NCBI RefSeq assembly: GCF_001194135.2
Contig: NC_068991.1
Location: forward strand, 27,065,584-27,129,583
DNA: 64,000 bases
Direction: 5' to 3'
Source: Octopus bimaculoides
Taxonomy: Eukaryota
Shown piece by piece: positions 39,001-52,437 of the stretch. Both the position numbers and the translations under genes were made by a program. Below the pieces are notes generated by a model. The model saw only the letters and a list, made by a program, of their open reading frames with translations, was not told the origin of the DNA and ran no database searches. Positions within the stretch are counted from its first letter, which is position 1. Each line of letters opens with the position of its first letter.

Positions 39001-40095
39001 TAGTGGTCATCCCTCTAATATGTATGTAATATAATTTTTCTGAATCTTCAGATTTTTCAATATGCTAGGCCATTGGTTTAAATTGATATTAGTCAAATTA
39101 GTATTCAATTTTTTTACCCTTATTATTTAAATTTAAATAGCCATGTTCTCTAACCGGCAGAATTCACTGCAGAAAATAATTTTCTGCAAAATTATTTCCG
39201 GCTTTTTGGCGCGCCAAAACTAAAACTTTTGCAATATACCCGGAAATATAATTGGCAAAAATATATGCATGTTCAACCAAGTGTGGACGACTCGTGTATA
39301 GTTCTGCAAATTATATTTTGCTATGAAGGTCACACTGATGAATTTCGGACATTTACGTATGTAATATGTAAGTGTAACAATGNNNNNNNNNNNNNNNNNN
39401 NNNNNNNNNNNNNNNNNNNNNNNNNNNNNNNNNNNNNNNNNNNNNNNNNNNNNNNNNNNNNNNNNNNNNNNNNNNNNNNNNNNNNNNNNNNNNNNNNNNN
39501 NNNNNNNNNNNNNNNNNNNNNNNNNNNNNNNNNNNNNNNNNNNNNNNNNNNNNNNNNNNNNNNNNNNNNNNNNNNNNNNNNNNNNNNNNNNNNNNNNNNN
39601 NNNNNNNNNNNNNNNNNNNNNNNNNNNNNNNNNNNNNNNNNNNNNNNNNNNNNNNNNNNNNNNNNNNNNNNNNNNNNNNNNNNNNNNNNNNNNNNNNNNN
39701 NNNNNNNNNNNNNNNNNNNNNNNNNNNNNNNNNNNNNNNNNNNNNNNNNNNNNNNNNNNNNNNNNNNNNNNNNNNNNNNNNNNNNNNNNNNNNNNNNNNN
39801 NNNNNNNNNNNNNNNNNNNNNNNNNNNNNNNNNNNNNNNNNNNNNNNNNNNNNNNNNNNNNNNNNNNNNNNNNNNNNNNNNNNNNNNNNNNNNNNNNNNN
39901 NNNNNNNNNNNNNNNNNNNNNNNNNNNNNNNNNNNNNNNNNNNNNNNNNNNNNNNNNNNNNNNNNNNNNNNNNNNNNNNNNNNNNNNNNNNNNNNNNNNN
40001 NNNNNNTATACAAAAACTCAACTGTGAGTTTTTTGCTAAGATTGTTAACAGATACTATATTTTTTACCAAATTTTTGTTTAAAATATATATATTT

Positions 40096-40139
<44 letters not shown>

Positions 40140-41529
40140 GTTTGACGTTCTGCTCTTTGCATTCCTACCTGAATTAACTTGCTTAAGTTCAAGAAGCTCA
40201 TTCCATGTCATCAGTCACAGTGATCAGAGAGTTCCGGCATGTGACATGGGCAATTCCTCCTCTTTCATGATCATCATGAATAAAAACATATTCATGTACA
40301 CTTTTCAAGCATAGAAAAAACATTTGTTTTCTATGTCACATGCAGTTATTAGATGTAAAAAGATTTCTGGTTTTTTTTTTACGATATTGCTTTCCAGTTA
40401 GAACAACCAAGGAGCGATTGTTGGATACTATTTAGGAAGCAATCATATTATTCGCCCTTACATTAGGTTTTAATGTCTAAGATATGATGATTTATACTAT
40501 GACATATAATGTGGTAAAGTTGTTAACTTAAAATCGTATGACAAACATAAACTTCAACATCTTACCTGCTTTTTCTAAACTACTTGTAGTTTGATTATAG
40601 GATGGAAGGTAATCCTTGCTGTTCCATTTTTACGGAACTCGGTAAAGAATATTAATTTGATATTACGAAATTATATGACTGCATTATCTCGAAAGATATT
40701 GCATTAAGAATCAGTAAAGTAATGATCAAAGATACTTTTGTGAAATATGTTCCAACTAATATTGCAGAGATATAATCTTGTATTTATTTTCTGTGTATTA
40801 TACGCGATCTGAAAAATAATCAATTCCTAAAATTTCGCTTGATGAAACAAGACTCGTCTTTAGGGGACCTGGCAATATCACTTTCAGGCTACATGTTAAG
40901 AGGGCAGCGAATGAATTTTATGGTTGGGTGAATAAAGCATTACATTTAGAGTGCATTAGATGAGGAAAATATTTGCATTGATATAGCTCTGAGAATATTT
41001 CGGCATAGAATTTCAGAAGGCATATTATATTTGCGAAAGGAAATACCATACAAATGCTCTCTACTTTCTGTTTTCCTTTACAATCGATAAGGATATTGCA
41101 GGTGTTCAAAACAAATCTGCATTATTCTAATGACATATACAAGGACGCCTAATTCTATACATTGTCTCATTGTAAATCTTTGAGACTATATTTTCTGAAG
41201 ATAGGATATTTTTTGAGGAATATTTGGTTGCAATTTCCAGCAAGTGAAGCAACCACATAGAAGCTCCTTTGCTGGACATTGAGAACAGTCAATATACATT
41301 TGCATCAACTTTCATGAAGGAAAATATTGGTAGGCAACGTTGCAGTATGCTGACAAGGCCATTTTCTCGACTGCCAAAATCAAATCTTTCTCTCTCTTTC
41401 TCCCTCTCCCCCCTCTCTCTCTATTTCTCTCATACTCACACGATCGCACCTCATGATTCGTTTCTTTCAAAGTGTTTGCTGATGTAAGAGGTTTTGTATT
41501 TTAGAGGGATGCTTTGTCTAAGACGCAAT

Positions 41530-41706
41530 GTACTGTAGGGTTAGCCTTGTCCCATTTTGAATCATGCTGAATAATTCTGAGAACTACGTTAAGGATACGC
41601 ACGCCTGTTAGAGTGTTCAACCAGTTGCACATTAATTTTTACGAGCAGGTTGTTCCACTGATCGGACCAACTGGAACAATTGCCATCGTAACGGACGTAG
41701 GGCCAG
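41530..41706 (+). mobile_element. SINE family C, diverged 3' fragment
   Basis: GAGAACTACGTTAAGG..TTGCACATTAATTTTACGAGCAGGTTGTTCC..GATCGGACCAACTGGAAC matches 50500-50640. Confidence 0.8.
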
Positions 41707-43544
41707 TTTTTATACGAACCCGAACAAAATTTCGTTATTTCAACAGTATCTACTTATAATTTTTTCGAAGTCTTCCTCTCATATGTTTTCATTTCATAAG
41801 TTTATATGTTCTTTGAGTCCTTTCATTATGCCTTCTAACATTATACTGTCTTTTTTATTAAAACAATATGCAGACATATTGACAATTGTACTCTATCATT
41901 TACCACGAACGTTGATATCAGAATCTTCTCTTTTAGAAAACAATTTCGTTATTAAAGTAAAACATTTTATAAAGACTTATAAAAATGATCTTAATACGTT
42001 TTGAAAACTCCTCAGGAGCAGTTTATTTATTATGTAATGTTGATATAAATTGTTATAACGGTTTTTTTTTATTAATGGTATAACTCATTTTTAAGGTGAA
42101 AAATTGAGAAGTAAATATTAATGATTAAACTGATGAGGGGATTAAGTGTGTCTCTACTGATTGTAGTTACTATAATTTGCCACAGTGCTCAGTATTTTCA
42201 GGAAAACATTGACTATTATAATAGGGATGATCTACGAACATGTAAGAAACTATAATTTCATGTCTTACGCTCTTGCATATGAAATGTGGTACAGATTCTG
42301 TTCTTGGTTACTTTCAATGTTGCATGCAAACAAAAGGATAGCCTCTGGACGATCATATATCGTCTGCAGAACACATGTTTGCAGCCCTTCCCCCATTGTA
42401 ATAAAGATTATGACATGGAAGGGGAAGAGCTTGCTTCTATCATAGTTTTTTTTTTAATTTTCTATTTTCTATTTCTTTCATTGGAATAAATACTATTGTA
42501 TAAAATTATTTCTTTGAATATCCTTGTACATCAAAGACTAAAATATTTTCAAATTATATACTGATGAATGAGTGTGATTTTTTCTTTGTTCTTTTTTATG
42601 TTTTTCCCATATTCATATTTTTTGGCAATTTCACGTGAAAAGAGATATGGTGAGTTCCATCTTGAATCTATAATTTCCTTCAAAACAGTTTCATAAGTTA
42701 TTATTCAGATTCTGATTTTGTTTTTAGTGTTTTGGCAGTTTTAATAACATCGCATTATTATATCTCGATAGTTATAGACTTAGCTTCGATTTTATATCAA
42801 CCACTCAGTGTATTAGGCTAAAATTAGTCATTTTATGAATATTTCTGAATTAGCATGTCAAATATGAAAGGCAAAAAATCCGTTGAAACTATCAGAATTT
42901 CCTATGAATAATGAGATGTCAAGTTTCGCATTGTGCAATTTATGAATTACAAATATATTCTGTCATATTATTTTCGTCTGCAACCGAACTGCATTGCAGA
43001 ATAGTATTGCGCGACTGCGCAGTTAAATAAAAGTTACATAAATGTTGTGGAAACCCGGTTGTTCTGTGCGGTGCATATTTGGGCTTTTCATATGTTATGG
43101 GAAATTTGGAAATTTTGTTATTTTTGACATCATTATTCTAAGAACACATAAAGGTAACTATATTTATTCACGATGTTTTAAGGAAATTTCAAACAGGTTT
43201 CAGTTTTTAAGGATTTGCTTAAAAGTTATGCTACTGGGTAACCAACATTAGTATTTGTGGTTAGCTTTATGTCAACTTTGATAACGACTGCAAGCAGACT
43301 GAAAATATTTTCGTGCAACACAATACCATAGTTTGATTCTCCTCTTGCCATAGCAGCGACTCTGATCTGATGCACGAAGCTTATGTTTTCTAATAGACTT
43401 GCCGAAATGTAGTTTTCAGTGTTGCTACAAATAATTAATGAGTTGTTAATTCTACATAAATTTCAATGGCGAAAGCAGCTACAGTCGCTAGCTGAGAGAA
43501 AGGTTTAGAGGCAGTTTTGGTTGCAGAAGTCGCGGTTATGTTTC

Positions 43545-43546
<2 letters not shown>

Positions 43547-43623
<77 letters not shown>
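43547..43623. repeat. (TA)n microsatellite
   Basis: Read directly. Confidence 0.97.
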
Positions 43624-43629
<6 letters not shown>

Positions 43630-44768
43630 CATATGTGTGTGCATTTATTTTTATTTATTTATATACGCACAACTGTGCCCATATTTGTATAATGATATAT
43701 GTGTGTATTTTGCATACATATTGATACGAAAGGTCAATGCTTGACACTAAACTTCCATATTTATACTTCTTAATGCCAATTAGCGGACAAAAGACAACAT
43801 ATAAATAAATCAAAGATTTTCTCAAAATATATTACATGTTTTCATGTTTTCATTTTGTGAAGTCGCTGGTGTTTTTTTTAATTTTTTTTTTTCAGAAAAA
43901 TTATCAGCATCAACGTAATATCGCAAGTTGTTTATTTGTAGTCAACTTAGATATTTCTAATTTTAGATTTTATAAAAATCTAGATATTTTCACTATAATA
44001 TTTTGTTTGGTGCAACTATAGGAAATATGTCATTCGTAAATGCACTTTCTACTCAAGAATTACAGTTTTATCATATATTTGACTGGCATTTATTAATCCA
44101 TATCCTATAATTTCTTTTGTGTGGGTATTTAGTGAATTTTCTAGCCAGGAAAATGCTATACACCAAAAGGATAAGGGGCTAGATACTGAATTCTGAATTC
44201 TGACACCTGATTTCAATCCCTGTTTGAAATCAACCGACTACTGACCCCAAAACTTCAATTTGAAATATTTATATTTTCCATATATTTTCTGAATTTATTT
44301 CATTTTGCGTTGCAATATGTTGACGTCAATCAAGTTTTGTGAAATATATTGTCGGAATATTTAGAAGTGCTTCTTATCGGCAAAAACATGTAGGTTCGAA
44401 TGGTTATCAATTCAAATAATAAACGTTTATTTTATAGTGGATAATGGAAATTAAATTTGCACCTACCTGATAAAACAGTTATTTATTCACCCAAATTTGA
44501 TCTAATGTTTCAATCCCGCATTTCGAGAAATTATTTAACATTGAATTTGTAATATATATGTCTCTTTAGAATAAAAATTCTAATCAAAACTCTATCTCAA
44601 TGCCTAATAGGAATTTGTATTTATATGTGAAATATATTCAAATCCTAAAACACCAATGGGAAACGTATTAATATGCTGGGTTATTTTTATCAATCTTTTG
44701 AGATCGTACATTGCTTAATAAACTAGGCATTTTCTGTTTAATTATGGATCTTATATCAAATATATATA

Positions 44769-45646
44769 TAGGGTGCAGTGAAATAACTGTAGTCTAAATT
44801 ACGCAAATAGGACAATAATACTGACATCTCATTTTAACAGATATATTTACCAAAATTTCATAAAAATATCTTGAACTACAAAAAAGTAAATTTATTCAAT
44901 AAAATCGCCATTGGCTTCAACCATGGGCTCCAGTCCACTTCGGAATCTCCCCAAACTCTTCTAGACGGCCTCCTTTATGTTGGTGAATGCTGCCATAATG
45001 CTTGCCTTCAGTTCATCTTTGTTTTTACAAGGAGTTTTGTTGGTCTCTCGCTCAAACGTGTCCCACTTATAATAATCAAGCGGGTTGCAGTCTAGGGAGT
45101 TAGATGGCTAGATGTTGAGTGTGATGTGGTCGGAGAAATTGTCTGACAGCCATGACTGGGTTCTCTTGCTTGCGTGTCATGGTGCAGAGTCCTGTTGCTA
45201 GACATAGGGTCTTCCAGCAGTCATCCACTTCATCCAGGGCAGCACTACCTCCTCCAGTCACTTGAGGTAGGTCATCGTGTTGAGTCTGAGGCCGTGCTGG
45301 AAGATGAATGGAAGCATAACGTCGTCATCACTAGTGTTTACTCCAGACAACAGGTTGAGTGGGCGTTTCATTTTTATCACTCTTGGTACATGTCCCCAGA
45401 ATGCATAGGCCTCGGATTGACACTCAAATATCCTGAGATTTTCGTAATGAGATGTTCGAATGCCAAGCAGTACAGCATGTTGTTTCCAAATTTTTGGTAT
45501 AGTGAATTGCGTCGTGGTGCTGTCTTTCTCACAGACGGTACCACACTTACCCTACTATACTGTGTAGTCGACAAAATCAAGAAAAAACGTGTGCATGCGC
45601 GAAATTAAAAATGTAAAATGGCCCACAATTTACCCATCGCATCCAG
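44769..45646 (-). mobile_element. maT/DD37D Tc1-mariner-superfamily transposon, internally deleted
   Basis: Minus strand TQFTIPKIWKQHAVLLGIR, then GRPYV*QQDSAP*HASKRTQSWLSDNFSDHITLNI*PSNSLDCNPLDY, giving 37 residues between the 2nd and 3rd Asp; degenerate TIRs; flanked by (TA)n on both sides. Confidence 0.85.
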
Positions 45647-45671
45647 TATATATATATATATATATATATAT

Positions 45672-45872
45672 ATGGGAGAATTTACGAAAAAACAACAACA
45701 GACGAGGACAGGTGGTGTAAACAACAAAAGGATGTATTAGTTTAACGCTCGGGAATACAGAAAGTCTTTAACGTTTCGAGCTACGCTCTTCAACAGAAAG
45801 AATACGGAGAAAACAAGGAGAAAAACACGGAGAAAAAAAATTGAATGGTTTGGTCAGCGATCTATCATGGCG
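45672..45872 (-). mobile_element. Penelope-type terminal (pLTR-like) block
   Basis: T/C-rich minus strand carrying the TGAAGA..CGAAACGT motif typical of PLE ends and running into (TA)n; family assignment is by recognition. Confidence 0.55.
45765..45801 (-). ncRNA. Minimal type-I hammerhead-ribozyme-like motif
   Basis: TCTTT-CTGTTGA-A-GAGC(GTA)GCTC-GAAA-CG-TT-AAAGA: 5-bp stem I, 4-bp stem II, palindromic ACGT stem III; A6 is replaced by U. Confidence 0.4.
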
Positions 45873-45990
45873 TCATCCACTTCAGCCAGGGCAGCACTAC
45901 CTCCTCCAGTCACTTGAGGTAGGTCATCGTGTTGAGTCTGAGGCCGTGCGAGAAGATGAATGGAAGCATAACGTCGTCATCACTAATGTT
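45873..45990 (-). repeat. 118-bp direct duplicate of maT interior 45221-45338
   Basis: 4 mismatches in 118 bp. Confidence 0.95.
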
Positions 45991-46739
45991 CTGCTTAGAG
46001 GATAAGTTAACCTCGCAAAGGGATGGTTACATCCAAGAAAATATTGGTTCTATACATAGTTTTGTCAAGAAACGAAATTACTTTAAATCAATATGTATAC
46101 ATTAAGAATAAAGTTAATGTCAGTTAAGTGAAGGAAAGAAAGTGGAGAGCTAAGATAATAATAATTATCTATTATTAAAATATAGGTAATTTCTACTTTT
46201 TATAGTTGTTTCAATTAGAGCTCAATAGGTAAATTACAAATGTGCATTCATATGATACGAGCTTGATTTCATCAGAGAAAAACATATACAATAAGATAAT
46301 ACATGCCGACCTTTCCGTTCAAACAAGCAGACTAAATAATGAGTTATTGTTTTTATTTCTATGTGTGGGTGAATGGTTAACGGATCCGTTAGAATATAAT
46401 GGGCAATAAGGTAAAGCAAAGAATAAGCCAGAATGTATATAAGATTATCTGATACCATTTCAATTCTATTTCAAACTACATTCAAATTTCATTTAAACTT
46501 AAAATAATTTGACAAGACTAATTTTTCGTATTTCCTTCATCTATATATTTCTGCATGTATTGTTTTATTTTATCTAACTTGCGCTTGTAACTTCCTTTTC
46601 CTCGTTTCCTCTTACAAATCCCTCTATAACTTTTTAAATGGCTTTTTTTGTAAATCTCCTACATATAGCAGTCTCGTAACAATCAATTCTTTTAAAAGTA
46701 ATAAGTGATAAGAAAATAACGTTATACTGTACATGTTTG

Positions 46740-46892
<153 letters not shown>

Positions 46893-46992
46893 CTTTGTGT
46901 ATATAATTGTGTGTACATGTGTAAATACATATATGCGCGTGTTCACGCTGGAGTGTGAATTTATCTACGTTTATTTGTGAGTATGTGTATGC

Positions 46993-49187
46993 AAATCGCC
47001 TTGTTTGGATGATGTGGAAGATGATCTTTACTTTTGTATGCCAGACTTGTTTCACGGACTCTTTGCAAATATTTACCACAATTTGCAGCGGAACAGAAGA
47101 ATTACTAGTTCTGTGAGTCGAGAAGCAGTGGCAGCTCTGAGGCAGGATCCAAACGACGGGAACAAATAGAAACTTTTCAGCCCATAACGATTTTAGGACC
47201 GTAATCTCAATGTAGAGTTCAACATTTTGATCAAGATTTTAACAAAGATGTTTGCGCAGCACAAGCTAATTGGTGATGCGAAAACATGTGCCATCCCAAG
47301 CAGAACCATCCGCAACTACAACCAATTCAGTGTAGGCAAAGAAGCTAGTATGGGTGGAAGCCTGACAATTTGGATCAAACTTCGACAGGGTCGACCACCA
47401 ATACTTCGCAGCTGTTCTCACGGCGGCCGGTTACGGTCCCATTTTCCGTGGATGGATCGCCACAATGTTGAATGACATCTGTTCGGTAGTTTGGATGAAT
47501 GGTTACCTATCGAAACCATTCAGCATCATACACTCGGTGTGTCAAGTATGTTCCCTCTCGTCCCTAATCTATGTACAGACCCTAGATAGCCGTAACTGCG
47601 GAAACTGAAGGCTTGAGAAGCATCCCACGCAAACTAGGACGTGGGAGGTTGGTGTCAGCATATTCTGACGAGATCAGCGTCATAGTGTCGAACACCAGGT
47701 ACATAGACCTGATCGACAGTGCTCTAAAAGATTACGAAGCGGTGAGAGGAGCAAAAAGTTGCCAAGAAAAGTCAATGAATTTACAGATCAGCTCCTGGAT
47801 TTGGAGAACTATGGGGTCTAATAACGTCGTGAGACGCTAGACGGAAGGAGCAGTTAAATTACTTGGTGTTTGGTTCTTTCCGGAACTCCAGGTGGAGAAG
47901 AACTGAATCGAAGTGACCAGCAGGGTAGCCAATCTCACCTAGAAATAGGCCGAGAAAAATCTAACTCTGAAAGAATGGACAAAGGTGGCGAATGCTTACA
48001 TCACCTCTGTTTAGTATTACTGCCTGATAGTCGTGCTTGCCCTATTTTAATCCTGACTAAACTGGATCGCATACTCCTCCATTTTCTGTTAGAGGGACGG
48101 GTTCCACTCATCAGGCGATCCATTTCCTGTCAACACTCACTAAATGGAAAGTTAGGGATGCTCTGTCTGCTAATGCGTAAACATGTTATGAAGCTACGAC
48201 ATCTCCAGCACTTCCTTCATGACAAGCAAGTGTGGTCACTGTTTGTCAGACAGGATTTTCCAAACCTCCGCTCTTTGACTAAACTGCAGTCCTGGATCAA
48301 GCGTTGGCCGAGGCGGGGAACCTCAGGGAGACTCGGGGCGTCGACGAGAATCAAGTGGCTCGTCTGTCACGGAGGACTTTCGAACCGGAGCCTGTGAATA
48401 ATTTCCAAAAATCCTTCGCCTGGCAGTGCTACCGGTGTGTGGGGCGGGGGAGGAGCATCGCCGATTCGGGATAAATTCTACGGGTATGGAAGTGCGATTA
48501 GATGGGCTTGCGGAAATGTGCACTGCTCTGATGACGAAACTGTTCTGAACGCTCTTAGCTAGTGCCCAGGCAGTGATCACTTGAGGTTTTATGTCAAACA
48601 CTTACTGTCACGTGTAGGACGGATCCAGCTGTCAGCTAGGTCTGTTATGACGGTAAGTCGCCTGCCACATTCTTTTGGCCGGGAAGGACAGGAAGTATTT
48701 CTTTGTCTGATGTCCTTAAGAAAATAAGTTGGGCGATGACCGAATTGAAAGGGCTCTAGACAGATACCTTCATATTTTGTGAAGACTTCATCAACTGTTT
48801 CAAGTTTTCCTTGAAAAAGAATGTGAAGCTAGATAGGGAAGACCTGCCTCACAGAAACTTTGTTAAAAGTTGGGTGGTAGTTGCAAGATCGGTCCGAGAA
48901 AACAGGCCTACCCTAAGCATGTTCCTGTGGACGGAATGAAAATGATGTGGAGTTGTCGCATTCCCCAGTGATCGGGATAACCATGGTTTACCGATGTCTG
49001 CACTAGCAGCCAGAGAAAGTCCCCTTCTTTTAGGGACTTTTCCTTAAAATTTGTTTTGTTATTTTCACTGTTTACACGTTTTATTTTATATAAACCCACA
49101 TTCTATTTTCCTGCACAGCCCCCAATACTTTGTTTGCTTTCTTGTTTTTGCTTTTTTTTTCAGCCGTTAGTACTTAATAAAGACAAG
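46993..49187 (+). mobile_element. Tx1/L1-clade LINE, 5'-truncated (RT, zinc finger, 3' UTR), decayed
   Basis: KSPCLD..MPDLF..LRQDPN; FDRVDHQY; LVSAYSDEISV (AYADD-like); C..C..DETVLNAL finger; T-rich UTR ending near AATAAA. Confidence 0.85.
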
Positions 49188-49199
49188 ATTATTATTATT

Positions 49200-49783
49200 C
49201 CTTCGTAACACAGTGTAGCTAAAAAATGCACCGGAGTCTTTAGTCATCTGTCAAGTCACAACAAGAACCTCAGACAGATAATAATTTCCTTACGATGTGC
49301 GTTGTGCCCAATAACGCTGCTTTTTGCAAGATATCAATCCTGCATAGGATTTACAGTTACCTTAAGAAATTTTGAAGTTTGAATGGGATTGAGCCCAACC
49401 ACTGGTATCACTTTTACATTACCCTCTCGCATTCCATACAGTCTTGCCATTTCTACTTTCAATTCGGAGTACTTTGTTATTTTTCAACCGCTTTACTTAC
49501 AAAATTCATGCCATCTGGTATGGCTACAGCAATGATCTGACAGTATTTGTCTCTTTTATACAATGTGACAATATAAAGCCGACAGATTATACGACCCGTC
49601 TGAAGGTCATTGTCACAAAATATCGTTACTTTTCTATCCTCCTGCATAGCTTAACTTGGTACATGCTCATACCATTTCTCTGTTACTTCATATTGGTATT
49701 TACAGCATAAGAGCCAATGAGGATACACAAACACTTTATCATAGTGGCGCCTGTATTCTTTTTGTGCAAGGAACTCACATCCA
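49200..49783 (-). mobile_element. R4/Dong 3' fragment, same subfamily as the 26130 element
   Basis: GTCAAGTCACAACAAGAACCTCAGACAGA matches 26176-26205; RLE C-terminal remnants; (ATT)n on both sides (49188-49199 and 49784-49849). Confidence 0.8.
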
Positions 49784-49849
<66 letters not shown>

Positions 49850-52436
49850 GCCTTTGCACAGCTTCTAACGCTGGAGAAGTACTACACTTTCTGCTGTTCA
49901 CGAAAAGTGAACTAAGGTAACACCTCTTTATTTTTCGAGCACCTTCCGGAGTATTCCAGCAGTTCCAAGCAGTGCTGTTTTCTGCAAGTGCTCTACCTTT
50001 ATTGCAGCCCCTATTTGTTCCACGTACTTCTCAAGATTTTTGCTCACTGTTCCCAGGGCTCCGACAATTATTACTACTACTGTTATCGTTTTCGTCGACC
50101 ACAGTTGCATAACTTCTCAATCTAACCTGTCATATCTTTCGACTTCCCTTTCTTCCTTATTGCATAACTTGTTGTCAGCTGGGCATGCTATATCTATGAT
50201 CTAGCATAATTTGTTTTCTTTCTCAATTAAGATTATATCCGGTTTCCTATTCTCTATCTCATGGAGGCGCAATGGCCCAGTGGTTAGGGCAGCGGACTCG
50301 TGGTCATAGGATCGCGGTTTAGATTCCCAGACCGGGCGTTGTGAGTGTTTATTGAGCGAAAACACCTAAAGCTCCACGAGGCTCCGGCAGGGGATGGTGG
50401 CGAACCCTGCTGTACTCTTTCACCACAACTTTCTCTCACTCTTACTTCCTGTTTCTGTTGTACCTGTATTTCAAAGGGTCAGCCTTGTCACACTGTGTCA
50501 CGCTGAATATCCCCGAGAACTACGTTAAGGGTACACGTGTCTGTGGAGTGCTCAGCCACTTGCACATTAATTTCACGAGCAGGCTGTTCCGTTGATCGAA
50601 TCAACTGGAAACCACGACGTCGTAAGCGACGGAGTGCCAACAACAACAATCTCATGGTCGCACTGAATCATTAAATCCAATAGGATCTTTGCATTTCTAT
50701 TTTCGACGATGCCTTCAGTCTTGTGGTCGTACCAATTTTTTGCCCTGTCAAGTCCATACTTTTTGCAAAGTGTCCAATGGACAAGCCTGGCTATATTGTC
50801 GTGGCGTCTCTTATATTCCTTCTGGGCTAGTGGCTACATTGGCTGGTAATATGCCATACGGTTTCACCGTTTTGTTCACAGATTCTGCATTATCACTTTC
50901 TGCTGCGTTGTCTATTTTGTATTTTATGTAGTTTATTCTTAGTGCTTGCTCTTGAGCAGCACAGATTAGAGCCTCCGTTTCCGGTTTTAAATCAATTTTA
51001 GTCATCCACAGCCATCTGTTTTCTCTGTCTGTCTTATCTTCAACGTCCCAATGAAATTGACCATGCATTCTTTTCTTTACCCACCTATTTGCAGTTTCAT
51101 TTGTTTTCAATTTCTTCTATAGTGCTTTATTTTTGCAATCTTTCATCCAACACAAGCCTGACCTTCTTGCTTCTAATAATAGCGGTTCTGTGGCATTTTT
51201 TACGTACCATGCTATTTTGTTTTCTTCTGCTCTACTGCTGTATTCGCATCCAATAAGTTCTCTTTCCACTCTTTTTCTTGGTACATACTGTCTGTCTGTG
51301 TCACTTTTTGGATGGAGTGACCCATATCTAGTTAACAACTTTCTTTTCTTTTTGTCCAAGCTGTTTAGTTCATCTTCTGTCCATGCGATTACTCCTGCGC
51401 CATATCTAAGGAGTAAAACCGCCCGGGTATTGATAGCTTCGATCTTATTCCGTCTATTGAATTTCGACTTAAGGATCAGTCTTAGTCTCCGAAAGTACTC
51501 CACCTTAAATTTTTCTGTCATTTCTTTCTCCATCAATTTATCCATTTCCCAAATCCCCAAGTACTTATAGCGCGTTTCTTCTATCTGCTTCATAATCTCC
51601 CCCAAGGGTATCGTTGGCCCATCCATACATTTGATATTGCTTCTCCTCAAGACTAGCACACCACACTTCCTCAGTCCGAACTCCATTCTGATATCAGCAA
51701 TGAAGGTATACACCGTATCAACGCGGGATCTGACATGGGCTTCATCTTTACCATAAAGTTTGAGATCATCCATGAATCACAAATGCTTAACATTTTGTTG
51801 GCAGCTTTCGACTACATACCCAGCATTTGCTTTCCTCAGAGTCAGTGTTAGTGGTATCAAGCACAGTACAAATCTCAGTGGGGACATGCAGTTCCCTTGG
51901 AAGATGCCCGTCCTAATTTCTACTGTCTCTAAACTTCTCCCGTATGCTGTCAGGTCCGTCCTCCAATTCGCCATACTTTTTCCAAGCAATCACACAGCAT
52001 TCGATGCAATGCCAAATAGATTCATACACTCCATAATCCAAGAATGTGGGATCGTATCGTGCGCCTTACGATACTCGATCCATGAGATGGCTAAGTTACT
52101 TTTCCTCCCCTTGCAGTCTCTAAGTACAGTTTTGTCTATCAGGAGTTGATATTTGGTACATCTGCACTTCCGCTTGCAACACTTGCTCATGTGGCAGATG
52201 TTCGTACATTGACTCTGCGAGTATTCCAGTCAATAATTTCCATATAAGTGGCAAACAGGATATCGGCCTGTAATTGTCTACCGTATTCCCTTTTTCGATG
52301 TTTTTCAGGCACAGCACTGTCCTACCCAATGTCAACCACTCTGGTGTTACTTGGTCGGCATTTAACAAGGTGTTGCGTTGCGCAGCTATTCGTGCATGAC
52401 ATTCACCAAATCTTTTGATCCAGTAGCCTTGAACTC

Positions 52437-52437
<1 letters not shown>
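49850..52437 (-). mobile_element. R4/Dong-clade element, 5'-truncated second subfamily, interrupted by a SINE
   Basis: [104 protein letters not shown]; (ATT)n at 49784-49849 and 52438-52488. Confidence 0.9.
50263..50648 (+). mobile_element. tRNA-derived SINE family C, full length, with target-site duplication
   Basis: Head GGAGGCGCAATGGCCCAGTGGTTAGGGCAGCGGACTCG..GGTTTAGATTCC (A and B boxes, TCG in the anticodon-like loop), (CAA)n tail, TSD ATCTCAT at 50256-50262 and 50649-50655. Confidence 0.92.

Noticed and set aside
40850-41110. Weak Penelope-like peptide (NILRAISMQIFSSS) on the minus strand
   Set aside because: A single marginal motif without supporting neighbours.
50263-50340. Possible tRNA-Arg gene
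   Set aside because: It continues into a 300-bp SINE body with tail and TSD, and no complete acceptor stem is evident; it is a SINE head.
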